The translations under genes were made by a program, and so were the position numbers. From Squalus acanthias (Eukaryota): a stretch of DNA of 64,000 nucleotides. Location: assembly GCA_030390025.1 (NCBI GenBank), contig CM059438.1, positions 64,420,001 through 64,484,000 of the forward strand. Direction: 5' to 3'. Shown in pieces: positions 11,417 to 23,642 of this stretch; positions within the stretch are counted from its first letter, which is position 1, and every line of letters begins with the position of its first letter. The notes under the pieces are model-generated. The model did not search any database. It saw only the letters and a list, made by a program, of their open reading frames with translations, and was not told the origin of the DNA.

Positions 11417-11787
11417 GGCAACTGCTGATGATTCTGCCATTCCCATTTACACCTCATCTAGAGCCATCTTTTGTTTCTTAACTTGTCCTATTACCATCTC
11501 CTTTTGCCTTGCACCACCATCCCTTTTGTCATTTAATCTCTCCTGCCTTCCGTCCTATCACAGACCTTCCCTTTTGTTCTTTCTTCCCCTCCCGCCTTTC
11601 TCTGCCCCTGCACTTGCTTAAAAATCTGTTACGTCTCTAACTTTTTCCAGTTCTGACGAAAGGTCATCGACCTGAAACATTAACTCTGTTTCTCTCTCCA
11701 CAGATGCTGCCTGACCTGCTGAGTGTTTCCAGCATTTTCTGTTTTTAGTTCGGATTTGAAGCATCCGCAAGATTTTGCTTTTGTATT
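11417..11787 (+). mobile_element. Penelope-like element terminal repeat fragment
   Basis: Pyrimidine-rich tract, hammerhead motif, then CACAGATGCTGCCTGACCTGCTGAG...TTTCCAGCA; repeated at 58160-58312 and 23510-23640. Confidence 0.7.
11647..11685 (+). ncRNA. Minimal type I hammerhead ribozyme motif (stem III mutated)
   Basis: AGTT-CTGACGA-A-AGGTC atc GACCT-GAAAC-AT-T-AACT: CUGANGA and GAAA boxes, stem II, stem I AGTT/AACT. Confidence 0.6.
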
Positions 11788-12748
11788 GGAAAAAAGATAT
11801 TGGCCTTGGAAGGAGTACAGCTCAGATTCACGAGAATATTACCAGGGCTCCAAGGGTTAGATTATGAGGAGAGATTACATAAACTAGGCTTGTATTCCCC
11901 GGAATATAGAAGGTTAAGGGGTGATTTGATTGAGGTCTTTATGATTTTGAAAGGAATTGATAGGGTAGATAGAGAGAAATATTTTTGACTGGTGGGGGAG
12001 TCCAGGACAAGGGGACATAACCTTAAAATCAGAGCCAGGCCATTCAGAAAAGATGTTAGGAAACATTTCTTCATGCAAAGGCTGGTAGAAGTGTGGAATT
12101 CTCTCCCACAAAAAGCAGTAGATACTAGCTCAATTAATCATTTAAAATCTGAGAGCGATAGATTTTTGTTGGCCAAGGGTCTTCATGGATATGGAGCCAA
12201 GGATGGAGTTAGGATACAGATCCGCCATGATCCCATTGAATGGTGGAACAGGCTCAAGGGGCTGAATGGCCTACTCCTGTCCCTATGTTGCTATTTAACA
12301 CAGCATGTGACACAGAATCTGAGCAGATGCTGCCTTAGATTTAGTGTTTAGCAGCTTGTAAATTGGGTTTTAGTGATCCACGCCAAGTTGGACTCATTAT
12401 TGTATTGAATGGTGCAGCAAACGTTACACAGCTTTTAGAGATCAAATTTTGGAACTGTGAGAAAAAAGCTCCAGGGACCATTAAATAATAAAGGAGAAAT
12501 ACAGCATGAAAGAGCAGAAGAAATAATTGAATATTTAAAAAACATTTTTTAAAAGGAAGTGGAAAGAAAATGTACCCCTGCGAGGAAAATGAGCAATATA
12601 GCAAGGCTCTCCCTCAGGATGTTAATTAGATGGGCTATACTTCATGATGAAGGGTAAATCGTACATTGTGGAAGGAGCAAACTTGATAGGCCAAATGGCC
12701 TTTCTCTTTGCCTGTTTTTTTATATACCAGGTGTAATCCTATTTGTAC

Positions 12749-13215
12749 TGTCAGCTGTGGCTCAGTGGGTAGCACCCTCGCCTCTGAGTCAGAAGGTTGT
12801 GGGTTCAAGTCCCACTCCAGAGACTTCAGCCCAAAAATCTAAGCTGACACTCCAGCGCAGTACTGAGGGAGTGTTGCACTGTTGGAGGTGCCGTCTTTTG
12901 GATGAGATGTTTTAACCGAGGCCCCGTCTGTTCTCTCAGGTGGACGCAGAAGATCCTCTTGCACTATTTTGAAGAAGAGCAGGGGAGTTATCCCTGGTGT
13001 TCTGGCCAATAGTTATCCCTGAATCAACATCACAAAAACAGATTATCTGGTCATTATCATGTTGCTGTTTGTGGGAGCTTGCTGTGCGCAAGTTTGCTGC
13101 CGCGTTTCCTACATTACAACAGTGACTACGCTTCAAAATTACTTAATTGGCTGTAAAGCGCTTTGGAACATCCTGAGGTCATGAAAGGCGCTAAATAAAT
13201 GCAAGTTTTTCTTTA
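12749..13215 (+). mobile_element. Full-length DeuSINE (SacSINE1-like), tRNA-derived head
   Basis: Pol III A box TGGCTCAGTGG and B box GGTTCAAGTCC; Deu-like core (GGATGAGA...GATCC...GGTGT.CTGGCCAA); L2-like tail ATAAATGCAAGT. Confidence 0.9.
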
Positions 13216-14215
13216 TTCAGAATGTCACAGCAGGGAGAGTTCTCTATGTAAACTGTCTGCTCCTAGGCTGACCACGGCCAGCAGTTTTAAAGCATTCAGC
13301 ATGTTGGTGAAAGGTGACTGATACCTCTTTTACATTACATGGAGTGGTCCTGAGAGAGTCGCACTGGAAGAGACCCATGATTTTCCTGCGCCACTCTCCC
13401 CTCATTTCCTTTCTTTCTGCCCCTGATTCCTGTCGATTAGAGGGAGTGAATCCAACTCCCATGCATTTAATTTTAAGTTGATGTGTAACGGCATCAGGGA
13501 CTCAGGTCTGACAAACTGCCTTTGCATCTCTGGAGATTGGGTCTTTTATATTACAAAGTGCCAGTGACTGTGGGAGGACCATGCCTCTAGCATCTATAGC
13601 ATCACATTCATGAGAGAGATCAGTAAGTTTACAGATAGCTTCCTTTGTTGCAATGAATATTACATAGAAATTCAGTAGACAATACTTCCCCTTTAAACAG
13701 CAGTGCTGATTTGTGACTGATTTGTGTGCTATTGTATTGGCCGTTGTTTTTCTGCTTTTGACTTGAAAACTAATAGAGGAAGTAGGAGAGCAGTGGAATG
13801 TTAATGTCGGTTCGACATCATTGCAAAAGCTAATCTCCAGTTTCACTGATAGTTCTGCCTCTGTCGGTATTTTCTCCTGGAATCAATACCTCCTGGATCA
13901 TGTTGTTCCATGTTTCCTCATTAGGACACAAGAATATGCTGTGACAAAAAAGGGACATTTCCGTCTTGTTTTTCATACGAATGTCTTCAAATAAGTAGAG
14001 TTAAAATGGAAGCGGGCCTCTCTCAGTGAGGCTCAAAATAAAGGATAGGAGTCAGGCTGTCTGCACCAACCAGGCAAGGCTGATTGATCTGGAAATCAGT
14101 CAAGGTCAAGAGGCTGTGGTTGAAGTGTGAATTGAATTGTCGGCAGTCCAGGTGTTAGCAAGCACTTGGAACTCAGACAATCGGTCAGTAATTGCTCATC
14201 AGCATTCTGTGCAAT

Positions 14216-14640
14216 AGGCCCTGCACATTGTGGGGTACTTTCCGCTTTGGGGGCAATCGGCGATCCAGGGGCAAAATGCGCTAGTTTTGAGAAGTGTTTT
14301 TTTTTCCCCTCAAACTCATTTGCAGATCGCCGAACGTAAAATCTGCCCTGAACCAGCGCGATCGGGCAGCGTTTTAGAACGCAATTTAAAAAACGATTTG
14401 CTTTAAAAGATAATCCTTGCTATATTTAAGAGTGGTAACTGGGTGCAGTTTGATTAATCCAGCTGAAAATGGGTTTATCACAAAAAATAAGCATTTTAAT
14501 CAGAGTATCTCGTCCAGCACCTGTGTGTAACCCAATTTTAAATATCTGAAAATGAATTAAGAAACAATACAGAACCATTTTCTAGTTCTTTGTAAATTCA
14601 AAATATTCAAAAGCTTTTAAAACGTTCCTATTAGTGCCCT
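14216..14640. mobile_element. Partial MITE (one end plus AT-rich interior)
   Basis: GGCCCTG start resembles the TIR at 43651; CpG-rich end followed by AT-rich spacer; no second TIR seen. Confidence 0.4.
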
Positions 14641-14645
14641 TACAG

Positions 14646-14810
14646 TGTCAGCTGTGGCTCAGCGGGTAGCACACTCGCTTCCGAGTCAGAAGGTTGTGGG
14701 TTCAAGTCCCACTCCAGGAACTTAAGCCCATAAATCTAGGCTGACTCAGTGCAGTGCTGAGGGAGCGCTGCACTGTCAGAGGTGCCGTCTTTCGGATGAG
14801 ATGTTAAACT
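14646..14810 (+). mobile_element. DeuSINE 5' half
   Basis: Same tRNA head as 12749; stops at GGATGAGATGTTAAAC. Confidence 0.85.
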
Positions 14811-15133
14811 GTTTCCATTGGTGGAAAGGTTGAGATACAGAGGACACAGATTTAAGGTGATTGGCAGAAGATCCAAAGGCGACATGAGGGAAAACTTTTT
14901 ACGCAGCGAGTGGTTATGATCTGGAATGCACTTCCCGAGAGGGTGGTGGAGGCAGATTCAATTGTGGCTTTCAAAAGTGAATTGGATAAGTATCTGAAGG
15001 AAAAAAAAATTGCAAGGCTATGGGGAAAGGGCGGGGGAGTGGCACTAGCTGAAGTGCTCTTGCAGAGAGCCAGCACGGGCTCGATGGGCCGAATGGCCTC
15101 CTTCTTTGCTGTAACCATTCTATGATTCTATGT
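14811..15133 (+). mobile_element. CR1 3' end
   Basis: QRVVMIWNALPERVVEADSI; (ATTCTATG)n tail. Confidence 0.88.
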
Positions 15134-15369
15134 AGGTTCAGATGTGCAGTAAGGGTACCAGAGAGGAATATAGCAAAGAAGGTTAAACACAATAATAAAC
15201 AGTTTTTCCCAGTATCACAATAATAAAAGTGGCTAGGGAGGGAGTTTAGGGACTTAGGAAGGAAGGAACATAGGAACAGGAATGGGCTATTCAGCCCCTT
15301 GAGCCTGTTCTGCCATTCAATTAGATCATGGCTGATCTGTATCTTAACTCCATCTACCCGCCTTGGCCT

Positions 15370-17080
15370 TTAAATGATAAAAGTCCTGGAATCTTTGAGA
15401 GTGAAAGGCCAATAGTTAATTATTTAATTATTTCCAAAAGTGTTCACCAGGGAGGAAAATATTGATTCACTATCCAATTATTGAGGTGTAACAGGTAACA
15501 TAATTGGCAATCAGTGAAGAAGATGTACTTGATGAGCTAAATGGGACTAAAGACTGGGCGAGATGGACTGCATCATCGGGTGCTGAGGAGACCTAGGAGG
15601 GAAGTTACAGGACACCGGCTGCAGTTCAGAAAGAGTCATTGGGTACATGAGTCATTGGGTGCAAAAGGACATAGACAGGCTAAGTGAGTGGGCGGAAATT
15701 TGGCAGATGGAATATAATGTTGGAAAGTGTGAGGTTATGCACTTTGGCAGAAAAAAATTAAAGAGCAAGTTATTATCTAAATGGAAAGAAACTGCAAAGT
15801 GCTACAGTACGAAGGGATCTGGGGGTCCTGGTGCATGAAACACAGAAGGTTAGTATGCAGGTACAGCAGGTGATCAGGAAGGCCAATGGAATCTTGGCTT
15901 TTATTGCAAGGGGGATGGAGTATAAAAGCAGGGAAGTCTTGCTTCAGTTATACAAGGTACTGGTGAGGCCACACCTGGAATACTGCGTACAGTTTTGGTT
16001 TCCATATTTAAGAAAAGATATACTTGCTCTCGAGAAAGGTTCAGAGAAGGTTCACTCGATTGATTCCGGAGATGAGGGGGTTGACTTATGAGGAAAGGTT
16101 GAGTAGGCTGGGCCTCTACTCATTGGAATTCAGAAGAATGAGAGGCGATCTTATCGAAACATATAAGATTGTGAGGGGGCTTGATCGGGTGGAGGCGGGG
16201 AGGATGTTTCCACTGATGGGTGAGACTAGAACTAGGGGGCATAATCTTAGAATAAGGGGCTGCCATTTTAAAACTGAGATGAGGAGAAACTTCTTCACTC
16301 AGAGGGTAGTAAATCTATGGAATTTGCTACCTGAGAGAGCTGTGGAAGCTGCGACATTAAATAAATTTAAAACGGAGATAGACAGTTTCCTAGCTGATAA
16401 GGGAATTAAGGGTTATGGGGAGCGGGCAGGGAAGTGGACGTGAGTCTAGGTTCGGATCAGCCATGATCCTATTGAATGGCGGAGCAGGCCCGAGGGGCCA
16501 TATGGCCTACTCCTGCTCCTACTTCTTATGTTCTTATGTTCTTAACAGAGATTTCAGAGATTGGAAGCAGCAAACAGACTGGAAGTATTTAAAATGGGGA
16601 TAAGATTAGACCCAGGGAACTATAGGGCTTACATCAAGCCAGGTAAATAGATATGGAGCAGATTAAAGGAGTATAGTAATTGCTTATTAAGTGACTGCAT
16701 GGGTTTAGGAGGGATAGGTCCTGAGATAGCTCCTTACCTTCTTTGAGGACATTACCAACAGCATAGATTGTGGAAGTGCCTGTGGGAAAGCTTATCTGGA
16801 TTTCCAGAAGGACTTTAAGAAGGTCCCACTTGACCGACTTAATTAATCTAGAAACTTTGGGAATCCAGTTAGAATGTGGGACCAAATAAGAAATTGGATT
16901 AAAAAAATAGGAAGCATAGTGCCCATAGGGAGGCAAACTGGGGTGGGTGGAGGTACGGAGAGCAGTACCACAGAGGTCAGTGCTTGGATACTTGTCTATC
17001 ATCTAAGTCATTTAAATGACTGCAGAAGCTCATTTTAAGCTTGTTAATTTTGCAGACCACACTAAGTAGGGAGTGCAGTA
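15370..17080 (+). mobile_element. Old decayed CR1 ORF2 (15370-15660 and 16544-17080) hosting a younger CR1
   Basis: Degenerate DWK.AN, NYR, HGFR...SC, YLDFQK.F.KVP, VPQ.SVLG and FADHTK motifs. Confidence 0.6.
15661..16543 (+). mobile_element. CR1 3' fragment with single 3' UTR, frameshifted
   Basis: ORFs 15647-15838, 15831-16091 and 16024-16443 join into the ORF2 C-terminus; (TTCTTATG)n tail. Confidence 0.93.
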
Positions 17081-17961
17081 TGGATGGAGGATACAGTTCG
17101 GTTTTTGCAGAGCCTCGAGACCTCGACTTTCAACATTAAGCCAATAGGAGGTATTTCGATTGAAACAAATGGGAATGAAAGTCGGGCGGGTTCTGTAACA
17201 GGTGTGCGATGTTCTCTATCAATTTACTGCCCAAGTGGCGAAGGGGAAAATTTACCCCCTATTGATTGCAAGCTGAACGATCGGAGCTAGATTTTGCTCT
17301 TTATTTCTGCCGATATGGGGTAGTTTACTGCTGCGCTGTACTTTTGTCAATCCTTATATTACTGGATTTAAAGAAAGTTAGGAATCTTGCTTTTGGATTG
17401 CTGGTTTGAAGTTTTATGTTCATTATTCCTCCCCTTATTGTTGGTGTTTTCGTACACAAGGTGAAGGATGTCAGTGTTTTGGGAATCTCGCACACTTTCA
17501 TCTTTCCCCACCCACAGTGTTGCCAGAGGGTCCTCTCAAATCAGGGTCAGAAACAGAGTGCAGCTGCTTCTACTCTGCCTGTACACTGCGCAGGGTGAAA
17601 CTCCCGACCTCTTAAGAGCAGTTCCCCCCTGCACCATTGTGACATTTCCCTTTCCAATACCAAACCTTTCCTCTGAATCTCTCTGACGCAGTCTGCAGCT
17701 TAATGATAATTAGAGCTGAACAACAAGTGATTCTGTGGCTTGGACTCATCCCCACGAGGAACTGGATTGATTCTGCCTGAATTGATTTCACTTAGAAAGC
17801 TGGCAGAGAACTGAGAATCCCATCAATGTCAGTGTTGTACGTGCGAACCCAGGTTCAAGTTCCTTGAACAGCATCAACACATCCGGGGCCTTATTCGGCA
17901 GCCATGTTCAAACTGATTGATCTTCATCACTGGGCACAGAGGATCGTACCAATTCATTGAT

Positions 17962-17992
17962 AGTGCTCCCCCTGCTGGACACATATGCAATT
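17962..17992 (-). promoter_or_regulatory. Candidate CTCF binding site
   Basis: Minus strand reads TTGCATAT-GTGT-CCAGCAGGGGGAGCACT, matching the CTCF core with an upstream TGCA module; motif match only. Confidence 0.4.
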
Positions 17993-19579
17993 ACATAATA
18001 TGGTCTTAAACATGATAGTCAATTGGATTCAGCCCCAGACCCCAGAGGTGAAAGGACAGTGTGCCAACTCCTTGCCTTAGCCATTCCTCCAACAAACACC
18101 TTTGGAATTGAGCCAGGGTGTGTCATTTCAGGAGATTATATTTGAATCGCCTGAAGTCATTTCACTTTTCAAGATGAGAGAAGAAAATTAGCTGAGGTTT
18201 GACCATTGGCACGAGTCAGCCGATCATGACTTTATAAGCACCCGAGGAGCTTGCAGAATGTAGCCACTGTCGCCTGACACCACAAACCTGTTATGTAATC
18301 TTGTCGGCGTGGCTGTGTAATCTGCTTACGGCGCAGAAAGTCACCTCAAATTAAAGTCAGCCAAAAGTGGAATGTTGTTGACCTTAGCGCAGTCATTTCA
18401 ACGTAACCCATCAACACCTTATGGAGATTGCCAAGAAAGGCTTGGCATCTTATTATTACTTTAGCACGACCGACACCTGTGCAGCTCAGTGGTGGACACC
18501 TCGTGTTCCTCAATTCTCATTTATTTCTAAACGATGAGAGAAGCACAGGCCCTGCCACTCAGTGGCAACCGTAAGATTCTGTGCTCCATGCAGCTGCTTT
18601 ACATCGCCGCGGTGTCATTGAACAGGCACTGAAGGAGCAGATGGTCCTTGTCTGCCTGGCAACTCGTCCTCATCTTCTTCCTCCACTTACTGTGAAGTAA
18701 AACTTCAAAAACCGCTGTGGTGGAGATTTGCACATTTCCCCTGAGCTCTTGCTGCAGAGGCAGAGACAAAAGGTTCATACATTCTTTACTGCCAGCCATC
18801 TTTCAGTATTAACCTGACAACAGACTGCTTAACGATTCATGTGTCAAATCATCATTAATTACATTGCAATCTGAATTGCACTGTTTCTCTGACTCACAAT
18901 CCTTGTGGATAAGGCTCCCCGTTTGGAGTCCGGGATCAGTGAATTTACCCTGTTAGGCCAGATGCCTCATCATTAGCCTGGATTGCTAATTCACAGTATT
19001 GAAGGCTAAACTTTCACTGATTTGGGGTGAGGTGGTGGAGGAAAATCCAGCCCGTTGTGTCCAGTATTTGCAACTCAGGAAAGAGACATCACAAGATGAA
19101 CTGCAGGTTCTTAATGGTCAAAGGTCACCAGAGGTGGGCGCTGTTGAGGGGGTTAGAGGGCAGATGCTGAGTGCCTTAGTGAGTTACCCTAGGATGCTGA
19201 CATTAATGGGTCTCATTACTGAGCAAGCTCTTGGCTCTATACCCATGGCAGCACAAGGGATGAAGAACTGGACTGTAGTCTGACATTGAACATGGAGCAA
19301 CACCATTGCAACTGCAGTGTTGAGTGAAGAAGCTTTCTCCTGAATGCTCAGACTGATGCTTTCTTAAACCAAAGAACCAGTGGAGTTTGCAACTTGGTCT
19401 CCAGGTGTGGAGCTTCAACAGAAAACCCTGTGGGACCCATTGATCTCCCCACCCGGATTCCTGATCTGCGCTCCCAGCATGCAAAGCTTGTGCCAAGACC
19501 GCGCATTCGTAAGGTTCTACTTGTGAATAAAAATGCCCTTTATTTTCAGCATAATAAAAAAAAACTCACAGAAGACAAG

Positions 19580-20110
19580 ATTACATAGAAAATACAGCAC
19601 AGAAATTCAACCCAACTGGTTTAGGCTCCACATGAGCCTCCTCCCACTCCTCTTCATCTCACCCTGTCAGCATAACCTTCTATTCCTTTCTTCCTCACGT
19701 GTTTATCTAACTTCACCTTAAATGCATTTATGCTATTCACCATAAGGCTAAGGGGATCAAGGGATATGGGGAGAAAGCAGGGACAGGGTACTGAATTTGG
19801 ATGATCAGCCATGATCGCATTGAATGGCGGAGCAGGCTCGAGGGGCCGAATGGCCTACTCCTGCTCCTATCTTCTATGTTTCTATGTAACTGCTCCTTGC
19901 GGTAGCGAGTTCCACATTCTAACCATTCTCTGGGCAAAGAGGTTCTTCCTGAATTCCCTACTGGATTTATTGGTGACTATCTTATATTTATGGCCTCTAG
20001 TTTTGGACACCCCCAAAAGTGGAAACATTTTCTTTATGTCTACCCTATCAAACCTTTTCATAATCTCAAAGACCTTTATCAGTTCACCCCTCAGTCTTCC
20101 CTTTTCTAGA
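19580..20110 (-). mobile_element. Old CR1 3' fragment interrupted by a + strand CR1 tail (19745-19887)
   Basis: Same family as 6638-7000; inserted tail ends TTCTATGTTTCTATG. Confidence 0.8.
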
Positions 20111-20359
20111 GAAAAATATAAAAGATATACTTAAAAAGGTATATTCAAAACATATTTTTACTTTGTGAATGAGTGCAAAGCGGAAGTCTTCTTCCATGTT
20201 CTTTTTGTTCAGTGTGCTTCAGGTACTTCTGCATGTTGCTTGTGTCTTGGTCCTAAGTGCTCTGCTGGCTGAAGGGGTAGCAGTGGTACTTGGTTGCTGG
20301 GACAACTGCTGTGCTGCTTGCACTTGTGACTTACTCTGATCAATGTGCAGCTATATACA

Positions 20360-20515
20360 GTTGCTGTTTGTGGGAGCTTGCTGTGCCCAAATTGGCTGCC
20401 GCGTTTCCCACATTACAGCAGTGGCTACACTCCAAAAGTACTTCATTGGCTGTAAAGCACTTTGAGACGTCCAGTGGTCGTGAAAGGCGCTATATAAATC
20501 CAAGTCTTTCTTTCT
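20360..20515 (+). mobile_element. DeuSINE 3' fragment
   Basis: TTGCTGTTTGTGGGAGCTTGCTGTG...GGCGCTATATAAATCCAAGTCTTTC. Confidence 0.85.
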
Positions 20516-21339
20516 AATGGCTGTATTGTCCTGGCTACTCCGTCTACATTTTCGCTAAACTTTTTACCAAAGAGAAAAATAAACTCGACTTTCAATTATG
20601 CCTATTACCTCCCTTTTCTCTGTGATTTCATGTTTTATTATCTATTCGTATATAAATCCCCTTTTTTAAGATCTTTGCTTTCACAGTTTTCTACCTAATC
20701 TGACCTATCCTTTCTTTCCTGATATCTTTTCCTTGAAGTTTAATTTCTCTTTAACGAGCTTGTTTTCCTTTTTCTCCCACTCAATAAATTTAGAGAAACT
20801 GGCTATTCGTTGATCGAAAACCAACGTTAGAGGCTGGTTTCCCCCAGTTGAAAGCCAAGATTTAACCTCATAGATACGGACAGGTCAATTGAAAAGTTTT
20901 TAATGTGTTAAATCAAGGAGAAGGGTTGCTGAACATCTATAGCTGTCAATTGCCCCTAGACCTCCAGGAGTAAAGATGTCTGCCATGTTTATAGGGTCAG
21001 GAAGTGCAGATGTATCCACCATGTACATCATGTGACTACTGACTATGGAGTGCGAGACAAAATTCTATGCTTACACAACCAAAAATCCACAACAATATAT
21101 TCTCTTTATAGCATGACCACGCTGGTCAACTTCAACACCTTCATTTCTCCTCCGATGCTGGCTTCAGTGAGGGCTGAGTGGTTCTGACAGTCGAGTCTCA
21201 GGTCAGGTGTGGTCTCTGCCATGTCATGTCACGACGCCCAACTAACCTCACGTGCAGTCACAACCAATGAATTTCATTCAAGAGCTTGAGACGGGATGGT
21301 GCCAGGGAGGTGAGAAACTATAGTTATCGAGAGAGATGC

Positions 21340-21710
21340 GAGACACCGGGACTATTTCCATTGAAGCGGAGAAGGTTAAGAGGAGATTGAGTAGAGGTTT
21401 TTTTTTAAATTGTGAAGGATTTTGATAGTGAATAGGGAAAGACTATTTCCTCTGATTGGGAAGGTTATCAATTTAAAATTGTTATAGGAGAGTGATTAGA
21501 GAGGATTGGCGAAATTTCTTTATGTAGAGGGTTGCTTGAGGACACACCATTGCATCTTTTAATCAAAGAGCAGCTAAATATTTGGAACAACAGAAGATAA
21601 AGGTGAGGAACAGCAGAGCAGTCAATTAGTTGGATTCTTCTCACAAAGAGTCAGCATAGACATTGTGGGCCGAATGGCCTCCTTCGATGCTGTAAACATC
21701 TATGGTTTGA
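21340..21710 (+). mobile_element. Decayed CR1 3' fragment
   Basis: GLFPLKRRRLRGD motif; GGGCCGAATGGCCTCCTTC 3' hairpin. Confidence 0.7.
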
Positions 21711-22172
21711 TTGTGGGGCTGCTTTTCTGGCATAAATACATTATCTGTAAATGAAATCGATCTCAGTATGGAAATAGCTGACATAATTATTCGAAATATA
21801 TTTTGATCAGTTGCATTTTGTACTAGACCAACAGGTCGAAAGCATTAGAAGATTGTTCTGTTCTTTTACTTCTGGGTTGGAATCCATCCTAGACAGGAGT
21901 TTGCTTGTCTGCCAAAGGCTCACATTTGAGTTGAGGTTTCATCTCAATTCCTAATTATTGTACAATACAGAACCGTATCATCAGACCACAGCTTCATTAG
22001 TAATAGGTGGCAAGTCATGGGCAGAAGCGTGACCATGTAGAATATCAAATGTTTACATTCATTTCTATATCACTAAATTTCTGATAGATTCAAACGCGTC
22101 TTTGAAACATTTTTTTTTTGATTTGGAACGTTATACCTAGTTTGTCCTCTGCCATTTAACCATCTCTCGTTG

Positions 22173-23389
22173 TGTGGCGGATCGCCACCTAAACGAGCAT
22201 AATCCACTCTTCCGTCCGTGGACAAAAATCCAGCACCTTCCCTTTAAGGCACCTTACCTTTAAGGCAGGAGTGGGTGGGGCCTCAGAGTTTGCCCAGAGA
22301 ATTCTGGGAGATTTTCGGTGCAGACATTTTTGTGCCATGCAGTTGAATTAAAGTTTCTTGTTTTCCACACATGGATTCAGCCTCCATTCGTGTTTCGCGG
22401 CAGCCTCAACATTGGTGACCCTGACTCTCAGAACGTATTCCAAGCACTGCAATGGCGGACACGAACGCAGTTTCCGTGAAACTGCCGGAGTTTTGGGAAA
22501 ACCAGCCCGAAGCCTGGTTTCTCCAAGCTGAATCCCGCTTCCGGCTGCGAAATATCACCACAGATGGAACGAAGTACGACTATCTCGTCACATCACTCGG
22601 TCGCGCCGCAGTTTCCAAGGTTTGGACAACGCTGCAGAACCCACCAGAGGAAGGCAAGTACACACATCTCAGGACAGCGCTACTTAAAAAATTTACGGCC
22701 TCGGCATATCAGCGAAACTGCCACCTCCTCGACCTTCCAGGCCTCGGTGATGCCTCACCGTCAGACCTCCTCTCACACATGCTCTCCCTCACCGACGAGA
22801 GCCCACCCGGATCCCTCTTCCGCACGCTGTTCATCCACCAGCTCCCTCTCAGCATCCGCCCAGCGATCGTGGCGTCCGGCCTCACGAACCTGGAAGCCCT
22901 GGCCGATGAGGCCGACAAGCTGCTGTCCGCTCACTCCAGCCGCGACGTCACTCCGGACCTGGCAGCCAATGCCTGGGCGCGCCCCTCACCGACCTCCACG
23001 CGGCCGACCTGCCCTCAAGCCGGTTCACCCGGCTGCTCCACGCCCAGCCGTTCCACGTCCACCGGCGTCCTACAAGAGCCGCTCCGGCCGACCCATCAGA
23101 CCGCCGCACCGTCTCGTCCACACCTCCTAAGCGGATTCTGGGGGGAGCTGTGTGGCGGATCGCCACCTAAATGAGCATAATCCACTCTTCCGTCCGTGGA
23201 CAAAAATCCAGCACCTTCCCTTTAAGGCACCTTACCTTTAAGGCAGGAGTGGGCAGGGCCTCAGAGTTTGCCCAGAGAATTCTGGGAGTTTTTTGGTGCA
23301 GCCATTTTTGTGCCATGCAGTTGAATTAAAGTTTCTTGTTTTCCACATATGGATTCAGCCTCCATTCGTGTTTCACGGCAGCCTCAACA
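22173..23389 (+). mobile_element. Gag-only non-autonomous Ty3/Gypsy LTR element (CsRn1-like), 1217 bp
   Basis: 239-bp LTRs 22173-22411 and 23151-23389 (TGT...ACA, about 8 differences by eye); PBS TGGTGACCCTGAC at 22413; PPT GGGGGGAG at 23140; flanks GTTG/GTTC. Confidence 0.93.
22452..23174 (+). CDS. gag: Retrotransposon Gag (capsid-like), fused to residual integrase-tail sequence
   Basis: Open 240-aa ORF: VSVKLPEFWENQPEAWFLQAESRF...TKYDYLV...LGDASPSDLLSHM...LFIHQLP...LADEADKL. Confidence 0.85.
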   Translation: MADTNAVSVKLPEFWENQPEAWFLQAESRFRLRNITTDGTKYDYLVTSLGRAAVSKVWTTLQNPPEEGKYTHLRTALLKKFTASAYQRNCHLLDLPGLGDASPSDLLSHMLSLTDESPPGSLFRTLFIHQLPLSIRPAIVASGLTNLEALADEADKLLSAHSSRDVTPDLAANAWARPSPTSTRPTCPQAGSPGCSTPSRSTSTGVLQEPLRPTHQTAAPSRPHLLSGFWGELCGGSPPK

Positions 23390-23509
23390 GTTCTCTACTT
23401 AAGCAATTTACAGGTCATTCTATTTCTTTAACTCTGCGTGTCTGTGTGCTTTTCTTTCTCCTACCCTTGACTTCTTCTGATCATTTTTACAACAGTTCAT
23501 CAGTAATTT

Positions 23510-23640
23510 CTTCCGGTCTTGACAGAGGATCGATACACCTGATATGTCGACTAATCTGTTCTCTGCCTGACTTGTTAAGTGTAACTTGCATTTTCAGTTT
23601 TTGTTTCAGATTTCCAACATCTGCAGTATTTTACTTTTTG
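23510..23640 (+). mobile_element. Degraded Penelope-type terminal fragment
   Basis: TGCCTGACTTGTTAAG...TTTCAGATTTCCAACATCTGCAGTATTTT resembles 11700-11787. Confidence 0.6.
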
Positions 23641-23642
23641 TG

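Larger units (their letters stand above)
11270..12290 (+). mobile_element. CR1 3' fragment split by a Penelope-type insert (11270-11400 and 11788-12290)
   Basis: [22 protein letters not shown] resumes as KDILALEGVQLRFTR after the insert. Confidence 0.85.

Noticed and set aside
12749..12820. tRNA-like sequence with A and B boxes (also 14646, 31942, 42215)
   Set aside because: Heads of SINEs, continuous with the Deu core, not tRNA genes
18300..19560. Possible ancient Harbinger Myb-like remnants
   Set aside because: Only vague compositional resemblance; no TIR, TSD or clear motif
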